Shown here: positions 30,851 to 39,105 of the stretch, piece by piece
Numbering within the stretch: position 1 is the first letter of the stretch
Layout: each line of letters begins with the position of its first letter
Program-made: the position numbers and the translations under genes
The notes under the pieces: generated by a model
Database searches by the model: none
Told to the model about the DNA's origin: nothing
Seen by the model: the letters and a program-made list of their open reading frames with translations, nothing else
DNA from: Desulfobacterales bacterium
GTDB lineage: Bacteria > Desulfobacterota > Desulfobacteria > Desulfobacterales > UBA5616
DNA length: 64,000 nt
Assembly: GCA_046483495.1 (NCBI GenBank)
Contig: JAWODC010000015.1
Location: 15,962-79,961 of the forward strand
Direction of reading: 5' to 3'

Positions 30851-30926
30851 GCCGGCGTAGCTCAGTCGGTAGAGCAGCTGATTCGTAATCAGCAGGTAGT
30901 CGGTTCGAATCCGACCGCCGGCTCCA
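30851..30926 (+). tRNA. tRNA-Thr(CGT)
   Basis: GCCGGCG acceptor stem, D arm AGCTCAGTCGGTAGAGC, anticodon arm GCTGA-TT-CGT-AA-TCAGC, GGTTCGAATCC, encoded CCA. Confidence 0.97.
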
Positions 30927-30934
30927 GAAAGAAG

Positions 30935-30977
30935 AAACCATTTCAGGCCTCTCGGCCGAAATGGTTTTTGGTTTTTT
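30935..30977 (+). terminator. Terminator after tRNA-Thr
   Basis: AAACCATTTC.GGCC...GGCCGAAATGGTTT followed by T tracts. Confidence 0.75.
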
Positions 30978-31838
30978 GAGTCAAATGGATCGATTCATGC
31001 CGATACGTGGACTTCACGTCCCGAGCAAGCGACGGACCACCCGCCGAGGCGATCAGCCAAGGCGGTTTCTTTTTTGATTCGTGTAAATTCGTGGATAATT
31101 TTTTTGCCTGCTCAACGTGAGCGCAGCCAACGGGCAGACCACGACTTCCTTTTGCTTATCGCATAAAGATTTTTCAGGTCCGGCCCAACCGACGGGCCAA
31201 TTGGGCCCGAAACGGGTTGTTGATCCGGCTTGGTTTTTCTTTCTCTTTCTGCAGAATTGGAATGAAAATACGGCCCGGAATTTTTTTTCGGCAGGCATTA
31301 TAATGAGTGAGGTTTTCAGCGGTATGTGATCCCATTAAGCCATTTGAGCCCTTTATAAGCCCTTTTGTTATCAGCTATATTCTTGAAAGAATGCCCCTTT
31401 ATCCCCTTTATGTCCCTTTTTTTTTAAAAGAATATGACATTTCGGGTTTCCTTGCCTTTTTCCGATTGTTTTCCAATTGTCCTGTTTGTCCTGTTTACAA
31501 CACAAGACATTTGGACATTCCGGCCGGGTAGCCGGACTTTTAGCGCAAAACACCCCCCGCTGCACGCTTCTAAGATCCCACAAATCACCGTTGCTTTCTT
31601 TAGGATCTGGTGATTTTTGCAAGATATATGCACTTGAATTTTATTTTATTTCTGCCCCTCTCTTCTTTTCTGCTTGAAATCAGCCCGGTATTTGGGTAAA
31701 TCGGTTGACATTCATGCACTTGTCGAAAAAGGAATCGTTTCGATGTTCCGCCCGCTGCTTTCCGGTGATTGCTGCCGCTACATGAAATGAATTCAGGTGA
31801 GGATCGCCCTAACCGCGATGTTATCATCAGGCAATGCC

Positions 31839-32162
31839 ATGCAATACTGGTTGTATCTCATCAGCGCCATTTTACTGGAGGTGGCGGGAACCACCTCGAT
31901 GAAGCTGTCTGACGGTTTTACGAAACCGATCCCTTCCATATTTCTGTTCGTGTTCTATGCCGCTTCATTTGTCGCGCTTACCTTTGCGTTGAAGCGAATC
32001 GAGGTCGGGGTCGCCTATGCCGTTTGGTCCGGTGTCGGCACGGCCCTTATCGCCATAATCGGGATCATCTTTTTTCGTGAGACGATCACCGCTTTGAAAT
32101 GCATCAGCCTCATGCTGATTATCCTGGGCGTGGTCGGCCTTAATTTAAGCGGCACGTCCTGA
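31839..32162 (+). CDS. SMR-family (EmrE/Qac subtype) multidrug efflux transporter
   Basis: W..L..AI..EV.GT..MK.SDGF, AYAVWSGVG; 4 TM, 107 aa. Confidence 0.92.
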   Translation: MQYWLYLISAILLEVAGTTSMKLSDGFTKPIPSIFLFVFYAASFVALTFALKRIEVGVAYAVWSGVGTALIAIIGIIFFRETITALKCISLMLIILGVVGLNLSGTS

Positions 32163-32214
32163 AAATCGGCGCCTTTAGCTGAACCGAAGGATCTCCTTTT
32201 TAAACGGGTACGGT

Positions 32215-34257
32215 TTATACAAGATCCCGCGGAATCGTTTTGTTCCAGTTTCTTGAAAAAACCCGCTCCTCTCTTTCATACGCATCCAATGCGGCGTGAA
32301 TACGGAAAGTGTGGCTGTTCGAAGTGAGAATGGTTCGTGTGATGGTTGCGACATGCCAGTCTTTTCGGCGAATTTCCCGTCGGCAGTAGGTTTCTCCTTT
32401 CACGGAATCCGGATCATCGTCGTGTATTGAATAGGATTCCGTTACCCGGCTTTTGACTTCTGTTCCAATGGACTTGATTTTATATGTACCCCAGTCATCC
32501 ACGACTTCAAGTGTAGATACATCCGACGACAAGTCCCGAATCACCCGCCAGGACCGCTCAGGAGGCTCAGACCGGCTGACCGGTTCCATGGGAGCCGATT
32601 TCGGCTGTTGCACCGGTGTCGCATTCTCGTCTTTTTTGTCCACAGGGCGTACCGGAAGAATCAAGGTGCTGTTCTCGATGTAAAGCGTCAGAGTGGTCCG
32701 TTCCGGAGGAGTCCAGGCCAAGGGCCAATAGGACGTTGAAAGGGAAATGCGCAACCGGTGCCCCCGAGGAAACGTTTGAGCGATATAGTTGAGTCTTACT
32801 CGAACACGATACCGTTTGCCCGGCTCCAAGGGCTCAGGAAACTCATGGCTTTCCCGATGTGTCAAGTTCAGCAGCCCGTAGGTCACGCGGGTGGCCGGCC
32901 CATCCGGGAGAACGTCTGAAAGGCGGACGGCAACCATCGCAACCGGACTGTCCGACGAAAGTTCCAGATCCACTATCGGAGCGCCCAAAATTTCCAGATC
33001 TTTTTCAAGGGCTTCCGTAGTAAAGCTGTTTACCCGGCCTTCAAAAACAAGGGCGCCTCCGTCCTCCTCCCGCTGATCGCCCGGCAGATCGGGCGGCGCG
33101 GCATATGAACACCATTTGCCCGCAAATAACCCAAGCCGCAGCGGAGATCGAAAGGATACGGTGCCCGGTCCGGCGGATTCGTTTTCAGGCGTCAACTGCA
33201 AATGGGAAAACGCATACCGCTCCATATGAATTCGTTCGGACGGCCAGGTCTTCTCTGCAATCCACCGTCCGGGACGCATATCGTATTCGGCTCGGGGCGG
33301 GATGCTGTCCAATATCCATACCCTTAGCATAGGCTCTTTTTCCACCCCGTTTTCCTTTCCTTTAAGCCACCGGTCCCACCACCGAAGACACTCCTGCAGA
33401 AACCCGATGGCCGGCCCAGGAACGCCTGTATGTGGATATTTGTGGCTCCAGGGACCGATCAATCCATGGCGGGGGACGGTCAACCCTTCCAGAAGCCGGA
33501 ACACGGCATTGGAATAGCCGTCCGCCCATCCGCTCACCGCCATGACCGGACATTCAACAGCGGAAAAATCTTCACAAATCGAGCCGTGTTTCCAGAATTC
33601 ATCCCGCCGCTGGTGCCGCAGCCAGTCTTCGAGCCACAATCCGCTCTCCTCCAGCCGTCGTCGCCACATGCCGCGCCACTTATCGCCTACGATAACAGGG
33701 TCAGGAGGCTGCGCATTCCTTGCAAACATGAGGGATGCCCAGGAAAGATTATCTCCAAGCATGCAGCCGCCCATATAATGGACATCATCGGAGTACCTGT
33801 CGTCTGTGGAACAGACGGAAATCACGGCTTTGAGCTGGGGCGGCTTTAGAGCGGCGATCTGCAACCCGTTGAATCCTCCCCAGGAGATGCCGAACATCCC
33901 CACCGAACCATTGCACCAGGGCTGAGCGGCGATCCATTCCAGGATGGCCAAGCCGTCCTCCAGTTCCCGGGTCAGATACTCGCCGGTTAATACGCCTTCG
34001 GAATCGCCGGAGCCTCGGATGTCCACGCGAACACAAGCGTATCCATGACCGGCAAAATAGCCGTGGTTTGCATTATCCCTGTTTCGTGTATCGTCCCTCT
34101 TCCGGTAAGGAATGTATTCCAGTACAGCCGGTACAGGGTCTTTTCTCGCCCCCTCGGGTATCCAAATCCTGGCCGCCAGCCGAATCCCGTCCGGCATAGT
34201 AATCCACGTGTTTTCTATAACTCTCACTTTTCGGGGGAGGTCTTTAACGATCTTCAT
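32215..34257 (-). CDS. CocE/NonD-family hydrolase (peptidase S15 / Xaa-Pro dipeptidyl-peptidase-like)
   Basis: DG.RLAA, EYIPYRK, VDIRGSG.SEG, nucleophile GISWGG, GWADGY, IGPW.H, C-terminal beta-sandwich (GHRLR.S.S..YWP). Confidence 0.9.
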   Translation of the reverse strand: MKIVKDLPRKVRVIENTWITMPDGIRLAARIWIPEGARKDPVPAVLEYIPYRKRDDTRNRDNANHGYFAGHGYACVRVDIRGSGDSEGVLTGEYLTRELEDGLAILEWIAAQPWCNGSVGMFGISWGGFNGLQIAALKPPQLKAVISVCSTDDRYSDDVHYMGGCMLGDNLSWASLMFARNAQPPDPVIVGDKWRGMWRRRLEESGLWLEDWLRHQRRDEFWKHGSICEDFSAVECPVMAVSGWADGYSNAVFRLLEGLTVPRHGLIGPWSHKYPHTGVPGPAIGFLQECLRWWDRWLKGKENGVEKEPMLRVWILDSIPPRAEYDMRPGRWIAEKTWPSERIHMERYAFSHLQLTPENESAGPGTVSFRSPLRLGLFAGKWCSYAAPPDLPGDQREEDGGALVFEGRVNSFTTEALEKDLEILGAPIVDLELSSDSPVAMVAVRLSDVLPDGPATRVTYGLLNLTHRESHEFPEPLEPGKRYRVRVRLNYIAQTFPRGHRLRISLSTSYWPLAWTPPERTTLTLYIENSTLILPVRPVDKKDENATPVQQPKSAPMEPVSRSEPPERSWRVIRDLSSDVSTLEVVDDWGTYKIKSIGTEVKSRVTESYSIHDDDPDSVKGETYCRREIRRKDWHVATITRTILTSNSHTFRIHAALDAYEREERVFSRNWNKTIPRDLV

Positions 34258-35555
34258 GATTCTGCCTCGTCGATTTCAAAATCGAGCATATCGATGCACT
34301 GCCTGTAGTTTTCCATCAGCGTTTCGTCATCCTCGGCCCCCATGTAAATCACTGCCAGTCGATAACTGTATGCGTCCTGATTTTCCAACTCGGACAATCG
34401 TTGGCCCGGTTCGACTTCCACCAGCACGATAGTCCCCGGGAAGGTTTCCCGTACTTTTTTGATCTGCGCCTCATCGGGCACCCGAATCACGGTTCCATTC
34501 GTAAAAACCCTGTGCTGCAACTTAGACGCCGTACGATACCGTCCGCGCCCCCGGGGGATTTCGGGTTTTTGACCGGTGGCGATATCCACGAGCACCTGGT
34601 GATTGGAGGCCCCTTCCACCTTGGCGTAAAGGTCGGCATGGGACTGGGAAATTCGGGTGTTTATTTCCAGCAGTTTCGTCGTGTCACGGTCACGGTCGTA
34701 AAGAAATTCGATATTGAATGGGGAATTGTCGAATCCGATCCGTGCCATGATGTTGGTTGATATTTCGGCCATCCGCAGCTTCAATTCCTCAGGCTGTTCC
34801 GAAGGATACCGGTAGCGCAGAAAACTGTGGAATTCACTGTAATAAAGGGAATCCACCAGGCCGTAGCTGTGGATATCCCCGCCGAATACATAACCGGACA
34901 GGGTGCATTGGTCGCCTGACAGGATTTCCTCGGCAACACACCAATGGCCGTCCACTTCGGCTACTTCCGCCGGCAGTTCGATTTGGGAGAGAAAAAAATT
35001 AAACGGTTCGGCAAATCGTCCGATCTTGTCCCGGATATCTTCGATCGCGCAGTTGAACTGCTCCCTGTTTTCGATTCTGAAACCCAGCCAGGAGCTGTGC
35101 GCCTTCACCGGCTTGAGCCAGAAGGGAAATGCAACATCCACCGTAGAAAACGGATCGTCGGCAAACGGGTTTACCGGACTGACAGCCGGCACGTGGTGAC
35201 CGAGCCACTTGGTCTGCTCCAAACGGCTCCAGTACTTGTGTTCACATTTTAAAGCGCTCTCGAGGGTCGGGCCGACCGTGCCGAATCGCTCGCTCAACAA
35301 GGGGACCATCAGGCTGACCGGAAAATCCCAGAAACCGATGATGGCGTCGATGGACCCGTCAAAAGCATCGAGTTCATCGGCGGCTTTCCGGAACATCGCT
35401 TCCATGTCATAGTGCCCGGATTTCGTCACTTCCTCCACATCGAGAAGCTTATGAAACGTGAAACGGTCTGCATGATGAATGGTTTTCAACTCTCCCAGGT
35501 TATGATCGTCAAGCCCCACCACAAAAATGTTTTTCGACTTCGCTGATATCGCCAT
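34254..35555 (-). CDS. ATP-grasp domain ligase
   Basis: CEHKYWSR, FPFWLKP...HSSWLG, EEILSG, FNIEF, LLEINTRISQSH. Its stop overlaps the CocE start (ATGA). Confidence 0.85.
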   Translation of the reverse strand: MAISAKSKNIFVVGLDDHNLGELKTIHHADRFTFHKLLDVEEVTKSGHYDMEAMFRKAADELDAFDGSIDAIIGFWDFPVSLMVPLLSERFGTVGPTLESALKCEHKYWSRLEQTKWLGHHVPAVSPVNPFADDPFSTVDVAFPFWLKPVKAHSSWLGFRIENREQFNCAIEDIRDKIGRFAEPFNFFLSQIELPAEVAEVDGHWCVAEEILSGDQCTLSGYVFGGDIHSYGLVDSLYYSEFHSFLRYRYPSEQPEELKLRMAEISTNIMARIGFDNSPFNIEFLYDRDRDTTKLLEINTRISQSHADLYAKVEGASNHQVLVDIATGQKPEIPRGRGRYRTASKLQHRVFTNGTVIRVPDEAQIKKVRETFPGTIVLVEVEPGQRLSELENQDAYSYRLAVIYMGAEDDETLMENYRQCIDMLDFEIDEAES

Positions 35556-35878
35556 ATGCTGTTCCTCCTTATCTTTCATTTCTCCGGGTCGATATGGCCC
35601 TTGAAGCGCATTCAGGCGGCACCGGCGAATCGCCCATGCCCTCTTCACGAATGCCGAACGTCAGTTGATCGCCTTGTCGCCTCGACACGGACAGTCAGCA
35701 TCAACGTAATAATACAATACAGGATTTGTCCTTTTAAACGTATAAGGTCCAGCATGTATTTCAGGGAAAAAACCGTGATGAGAAGGGCGCCGACGGAGGC
35801 GGTATGCCGATGTGTATAAAAGCCATGTGGGGAAGGGTACGTCAAGCAGCTTTCCGCTTATTCAAAGCTCCCGGATTT

Positions 35879-36895
35879 TCACACGGCGGCAAGGTCATAA
35901 CCCATCTTTTTGAAAACCGGAGACAGCAGCTCGATCCCAAACCGTTCATGCTGCTTGACGGCCTCCTGGAAACGATACCAGTCTGTATTCTCGACTCGGA
36001 TATCCTCACGCCAGAAATATGCGTCTTCAAAATGGAAGAGATTCGACCATATACCGCCACGGTCTTTCATTCCGCGGACGACGGATATCACCGCTTGATC
36101 GAACCACTTTTTTTCATCGAAAGCAGGCCAATCGAGCAGCATTCGAACCCGTGACATTCGGCCTTTTTCATATTTTTTTGCGGCACCGGTGTAAGTTTCT
36201 GCGTGAATAAACATCAATTCTTTCTCCAGGTTTGACCAATTCGAGCGGTTATCCAACTTTCTTCGAGCTTGATGGTAGGCGCAGTATTTCTCAAACAGGG
36301 CTTTTGCAGCCGACAGCATTCTCGAGCGGTTATCGATGTCCGAATCGACCAATCGGTTATCCACCCACCGATGACTCATCCAGTCGGGATGGTGCTCCGC
36401 ATTTGCATGGCCGATGTCCGGCTTTACATCCATTCCGATATTGTTGAAATAGTCATACCAGCCGACGAAGTTCTGATGCGCCCAGGTATCTGCAAACGCA
36501 TGCGTGGCGATGCCGATTCTGTAAAGGCGGCTATCGGTTGAAGCTTTAAACGCTTCGTCAAGAAGTTCGTTCGCCGCCCGGCTGTTCGGGGTTGTGTTAA
36601 GAAGGTGCATTTTGCCGTCCCGCCGCCGTGCGGTATCGGCATCCGGCTCACCCGGCACAAAATGAAAAATCGGGTATATCCGCATCAATTCCTGTTTAGG
36701 CTTTAAAATATTCATCGTCTGACTGATGAAATTGCGGTAGGGCTTCATTTTGCCTTTTCTGTCAACGATTTTTCTGCAGAGATCGTTTTCATCCACATAT
36801 TGTGATGAATAGGCGATTTTTAAGGCATCCTCTTTGTCGAATCCGGACCTGTAAGCGATAAGTCCGGTAATCCAGTAATGAAATTCAATATTCAA
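35879..36895 (-). CDS. DUF6765-like protein, probable Zn-dependent phospholipase C/P1 nuclease fold
   Basis: M..EFHY...A..SGF....A..IAYSSQYVD, FHFVPG, GIATHAFADTWAHQNF (HxxxDxxxH), GHA. TTG start with GAGG RBS. Confidence 0.7.
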   Translation of the reverse strand: MNIEFHYWITGLIAYRSGFDKEDALKIAYSSQYVDENDLCRKIVDRKGKMKPYRNFISQTMNILKPKQELMRIYPIFHFVPGEPDADTARRRDGKMHLLNTTPNSRAANELLDEAFKASTDSRLYRIGIATHAFADTWAHQNFVGWYDYFNNIGMDVKPDIGHANAEHHPDWMSHRWVDNRLVDSDIDNRSRMLSAAKALFEKYCAYHQARRKLDNRSNWSNLEKELMFIHAETYTGAAKKYEKGRMSRVRMLLDWPAFDEKKWFDQAVISVVRGMKDRGGIWSNLFHFEDAYFWREDIRVENTDWYRFQEAVKQHERFGIELLSPVFKKMGYDLAAV

Positions 36896-36913
36896 GAAGA
36901 CCTCCCCTCGGGC

Positions 36914-37198
36914 TCAGGCTGTCTTTGATAACAGCGTTACGATTATCCCCGCAAATCTTTCGGCATTTAATACGATTTCCTTTATTTTCGTATTTCGGTG
37001 TGATGCGGACTTGACGATTTTCATGAGTTCGAACAGTCGCTTTGCATCCGTCGGCGTCGGAAAAAGCTTTTGTATTTCATCATCTGTCAGGCGGGTGACC
37101 GAAGACATTTTAGATGCCAATTTTTGATCCGTAACTTTTCCTGATGTTTTAACGGCGGTGTTTACGTCCTTTTCGAATTTTTCCCAGTTCAAAGGCAT
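36914..37198 (-). CDS. Small alpha-helical hypothetical protein (94 aa)
   Basis: Strong GAGGAG RBS, co-oriented within the cassette, amphipathic C-terminal helix. Confidence 0.75.
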   Translation of the reverse strand: MPLNWEKFEKDVNTAVKTSGKVTDQKLASKMSSVTRLTDDEIQKLFPTPTDAKRLFELMKIVKSASHRNTKIKEIVLNAERFAGIIVTLLSKTA

Positions 37199-37212
37199 GA
37201 TGTTTTCTCCTC

Positions 37213-37357
37213 AGCGCCCATCCAGAAATGGCTGATTCGCTCCATTTCGGCGTTGGCCGGGAAATTTTAATCCTCAAAATACTCAATGTATTCCTGCGGT
37301 TAAAATTTCCCGGCCGCCTTGAACTGAATCGAATTTTCTCATTTCTGGATGGACACT
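37213..37357 (+). repeat. ~145-bp palindromic MITE-like dispersed repeat, copy 2
   Basis: Termini AGCGCCCATCCAGAAAT / ATTTCTGGATGGACACT; perfect 16-bp inner inverted repeat at 37255-37270 / 37300-37315. Confidence 0.85.
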
Positions 37358-37366
37358 CCATAAAAT

Positions 37367-38023
37367 TCAGTTGATAATGGATGCAATTTTTTCTTTAAAC
37401 CGCTCACCGGAATCCACTAAACCCTCCAAACCCGATGCCGCCTTTAAAAGAGAGGAAACGGCTTCATCGGTCTTTTCGATATACTTGTCGATTTTCTCGT
37501 CTGACAGGCCGGCCAAATGCACATACCTGCTTCGACGTTCGGAAATATCGGATGCCGAAACCAAAAGGCCGGTAATGCTTTCGTTGATGAATTTAATCTG
37601 TGCATACGCATCGCGTATTTTTTCTTTCAGCTTTTTCTCGAGATCATCGAGAGGATCGATCAGTTCTGTTCTTTTTTCGTTGATTTTGTGTTGAAGTTTC
37701 GTCCCGGTGATAACAAGGAATCTCAACCGGTCTTCTTTGTCGTCTTCGGATACGATGGTATTCCACGCTGATTCGATGCTTGCCGTGGAAAAAAATTCTT
37801 CGGCAAATACCGGGACCCATTGGCTATCGACAAATCGATCGACTTGCGCTCGTTTCTGGGCGAAGTATTCATGAACAGCCGCGATATGCGCTTTTTCGAC
37901 AACGGCGATTCGGTTTCCGAGTTCACGAGATAATTCAGGTGCTTGCGGTGGTATCGCCGCACATCCCGTAAAGAGGAGGAAATGAAGGAAAAGCATCATT
38001 TTCATCCCGGTAGTCGCATTCAT
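37367..38023 (-). CDS. Alpha-helical/coiled-coil lipoprotein, unknown function
   Basis: Hydrophobic signal ending LFTGC (lipobox), long heptad-rich helices, AAAGGAG RBS. Confidence 0.78.
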   Translation of the reverse strand: MNATTGMKMMLFLHFLLFTGCAAIPPQAPELSRELGNRIAVVEKAHIAAVHEYFAQKRAQVDRFVDSQWVPVFAEEFFSTASIESAWNTIVSEDDKEDRLRFLVITGTKLQHKINEKRTELIDPLDDLEKKLKEKIRDAYAQIKFINESITGLLVSASDISERRSRYVHLAGLSDEKIDKYIEKTDEAVSSLLKAASGLEGLVDSGERFKEKIASIIN

Positions 38024-38048
38024 GTCGATCTCCTTTCAGCCATGTTGG

Positions 38049-38639
38049 TTAAGGGGAATCACTCTGTTTCGAGGGTATAGAGGCTTTTTGCCGGGACATG
38101 TATAAAAAGCTTCCGATCAAGGATGTAAGCCGATAAATTCCCTTGCTGCCGCCCGCGATAAGCCCTGCCGTCAACAAGATATCCGTGGCGATGAAAACCA
38201 CTTTTTGAGAACCGCTTATCGTGTGTATGTCATAGACCACCTGCAATGTTCGAATGCCCGAAAAGCCGATTACGAGGCCCATCGCATAACCGCAGTACAT
38301 CGCCAAAGACTGCGTCCCGTTCCGATAGCAGTCGAGCGCCTTTTGTGCGGCCCTCCGGTCGTTTTCGGTTTTCGCGTTTTTTATGATGCTCAACCTCTCC
38401 AGGCGGCCTTTTCTTCGCCAGATCGATTTAAAGACATCCAGAAACCGTTCCACAATCAAGGCGGCAAAGGAAAGGTTGATAAACAGCGTCCCGTAATCCA
38501 CCTCATGCCACTTCTTGGGCTTTATAGCTTCGGCCCACCCCAGATGATGGATGACACCGGACACAAAAATGATGAGCACTGCAAGCGACAGAATCGGCAC
38601 AACAAATCGTTCGCGATGATAAGCTCGTAAATTTCGCAT
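38049..38639 (-). CDS. Multi-pass membrane protein with holin-like C-terminal motif
   Basis: About 4 TM segments; ALIVERFLD and DILLTAGLIAGGSKGIY motifs. Start uncertain. Confidence 0.7.
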   Translation of the reverse strand: MRNLRAYHRERFVVPILSLAVLIIFVSGVIHHLGWAEAIKPKKWHEVDYGTLFINLSFAALIVERFLDVFKSIWRRKGRLERLSIIKNAKTENDRRAAQKALDCYRNGTQSLAMYCGYAMGLVIGFSGIRTLQVVYDIHTISGSQKVVFIATDILLTAGLIAGGSKGIYRLTSLIGSFLYMSRQKASIPSKQSDSP

Positions 38640-39029
38640 GATATCAATAGATATAGGTACTATCCCAATTTTTTTAAGGGCAAGCGCAACGGTAACAAAA
38701 AGGAATGTGTTTGTCTGCCGGGCGGGCTTGATGAATCTTGTGGGGAAAAACAGACACAGCACGTGGGGAATACAAGAGTTAAAGTAAATAAGGAAAAAAA
38801 GTCAGAGGGTTATCGATAGGTATCGTCTTTTTTTGTTTGCCGCTTTTTTTGAATTTTTTTAATCCGAATTTGACTTTCGGAGTTTATCACAATGCTCTTT
38901 GCACTGATCGCCGGGTATTCGGTCGGCGCCGGTGAATGGCCAAACCGCTCTGCCTTTCGATATAAAAGCAGCAAATCGATCCGAATTCATAACGATCCGG
39001 CCTGCAGCCCCTCCGGGCTCACGGCAAAG

Positions 39030-39070
39030 AAAAAAACAGGCGAATCGCCTTTGGATGGCGGTTCGCCTGT
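39030..39070 (-). terminator. Terminator of the second DUF1329 gene
   Basis: ACAGGCGAATCGCC...GGCGGTTCGCCTGT, followed by a T-run on the minus strand. Confidence 0.75.
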
Positions 39071-39105
39071 AGGTCTTGAGCCGCTGCAATGCAGGGCGTG
39101 GACGG

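Noticed and set aside
30601..30979. Short ORFs 30601-30843 and 30755-30979 (also 37149-37361)
   Set aside because: They are translations of the MITE-like repeat and of tRNA-Thr.
31618..31633. Possible minus-strand sigma-54 promoter GTGCATATATCTTGCA
   Set aside because: It lacks the invariant GG at -24, and no gene follows it.
31700..31838. Guanidine riboswitch upstream of the SMR gene
   Set aside because: No twin ACGR-loop hairpins or ykkC-type motif are visible, and the protein looks Qac/EmrE-type rather than Gdx.
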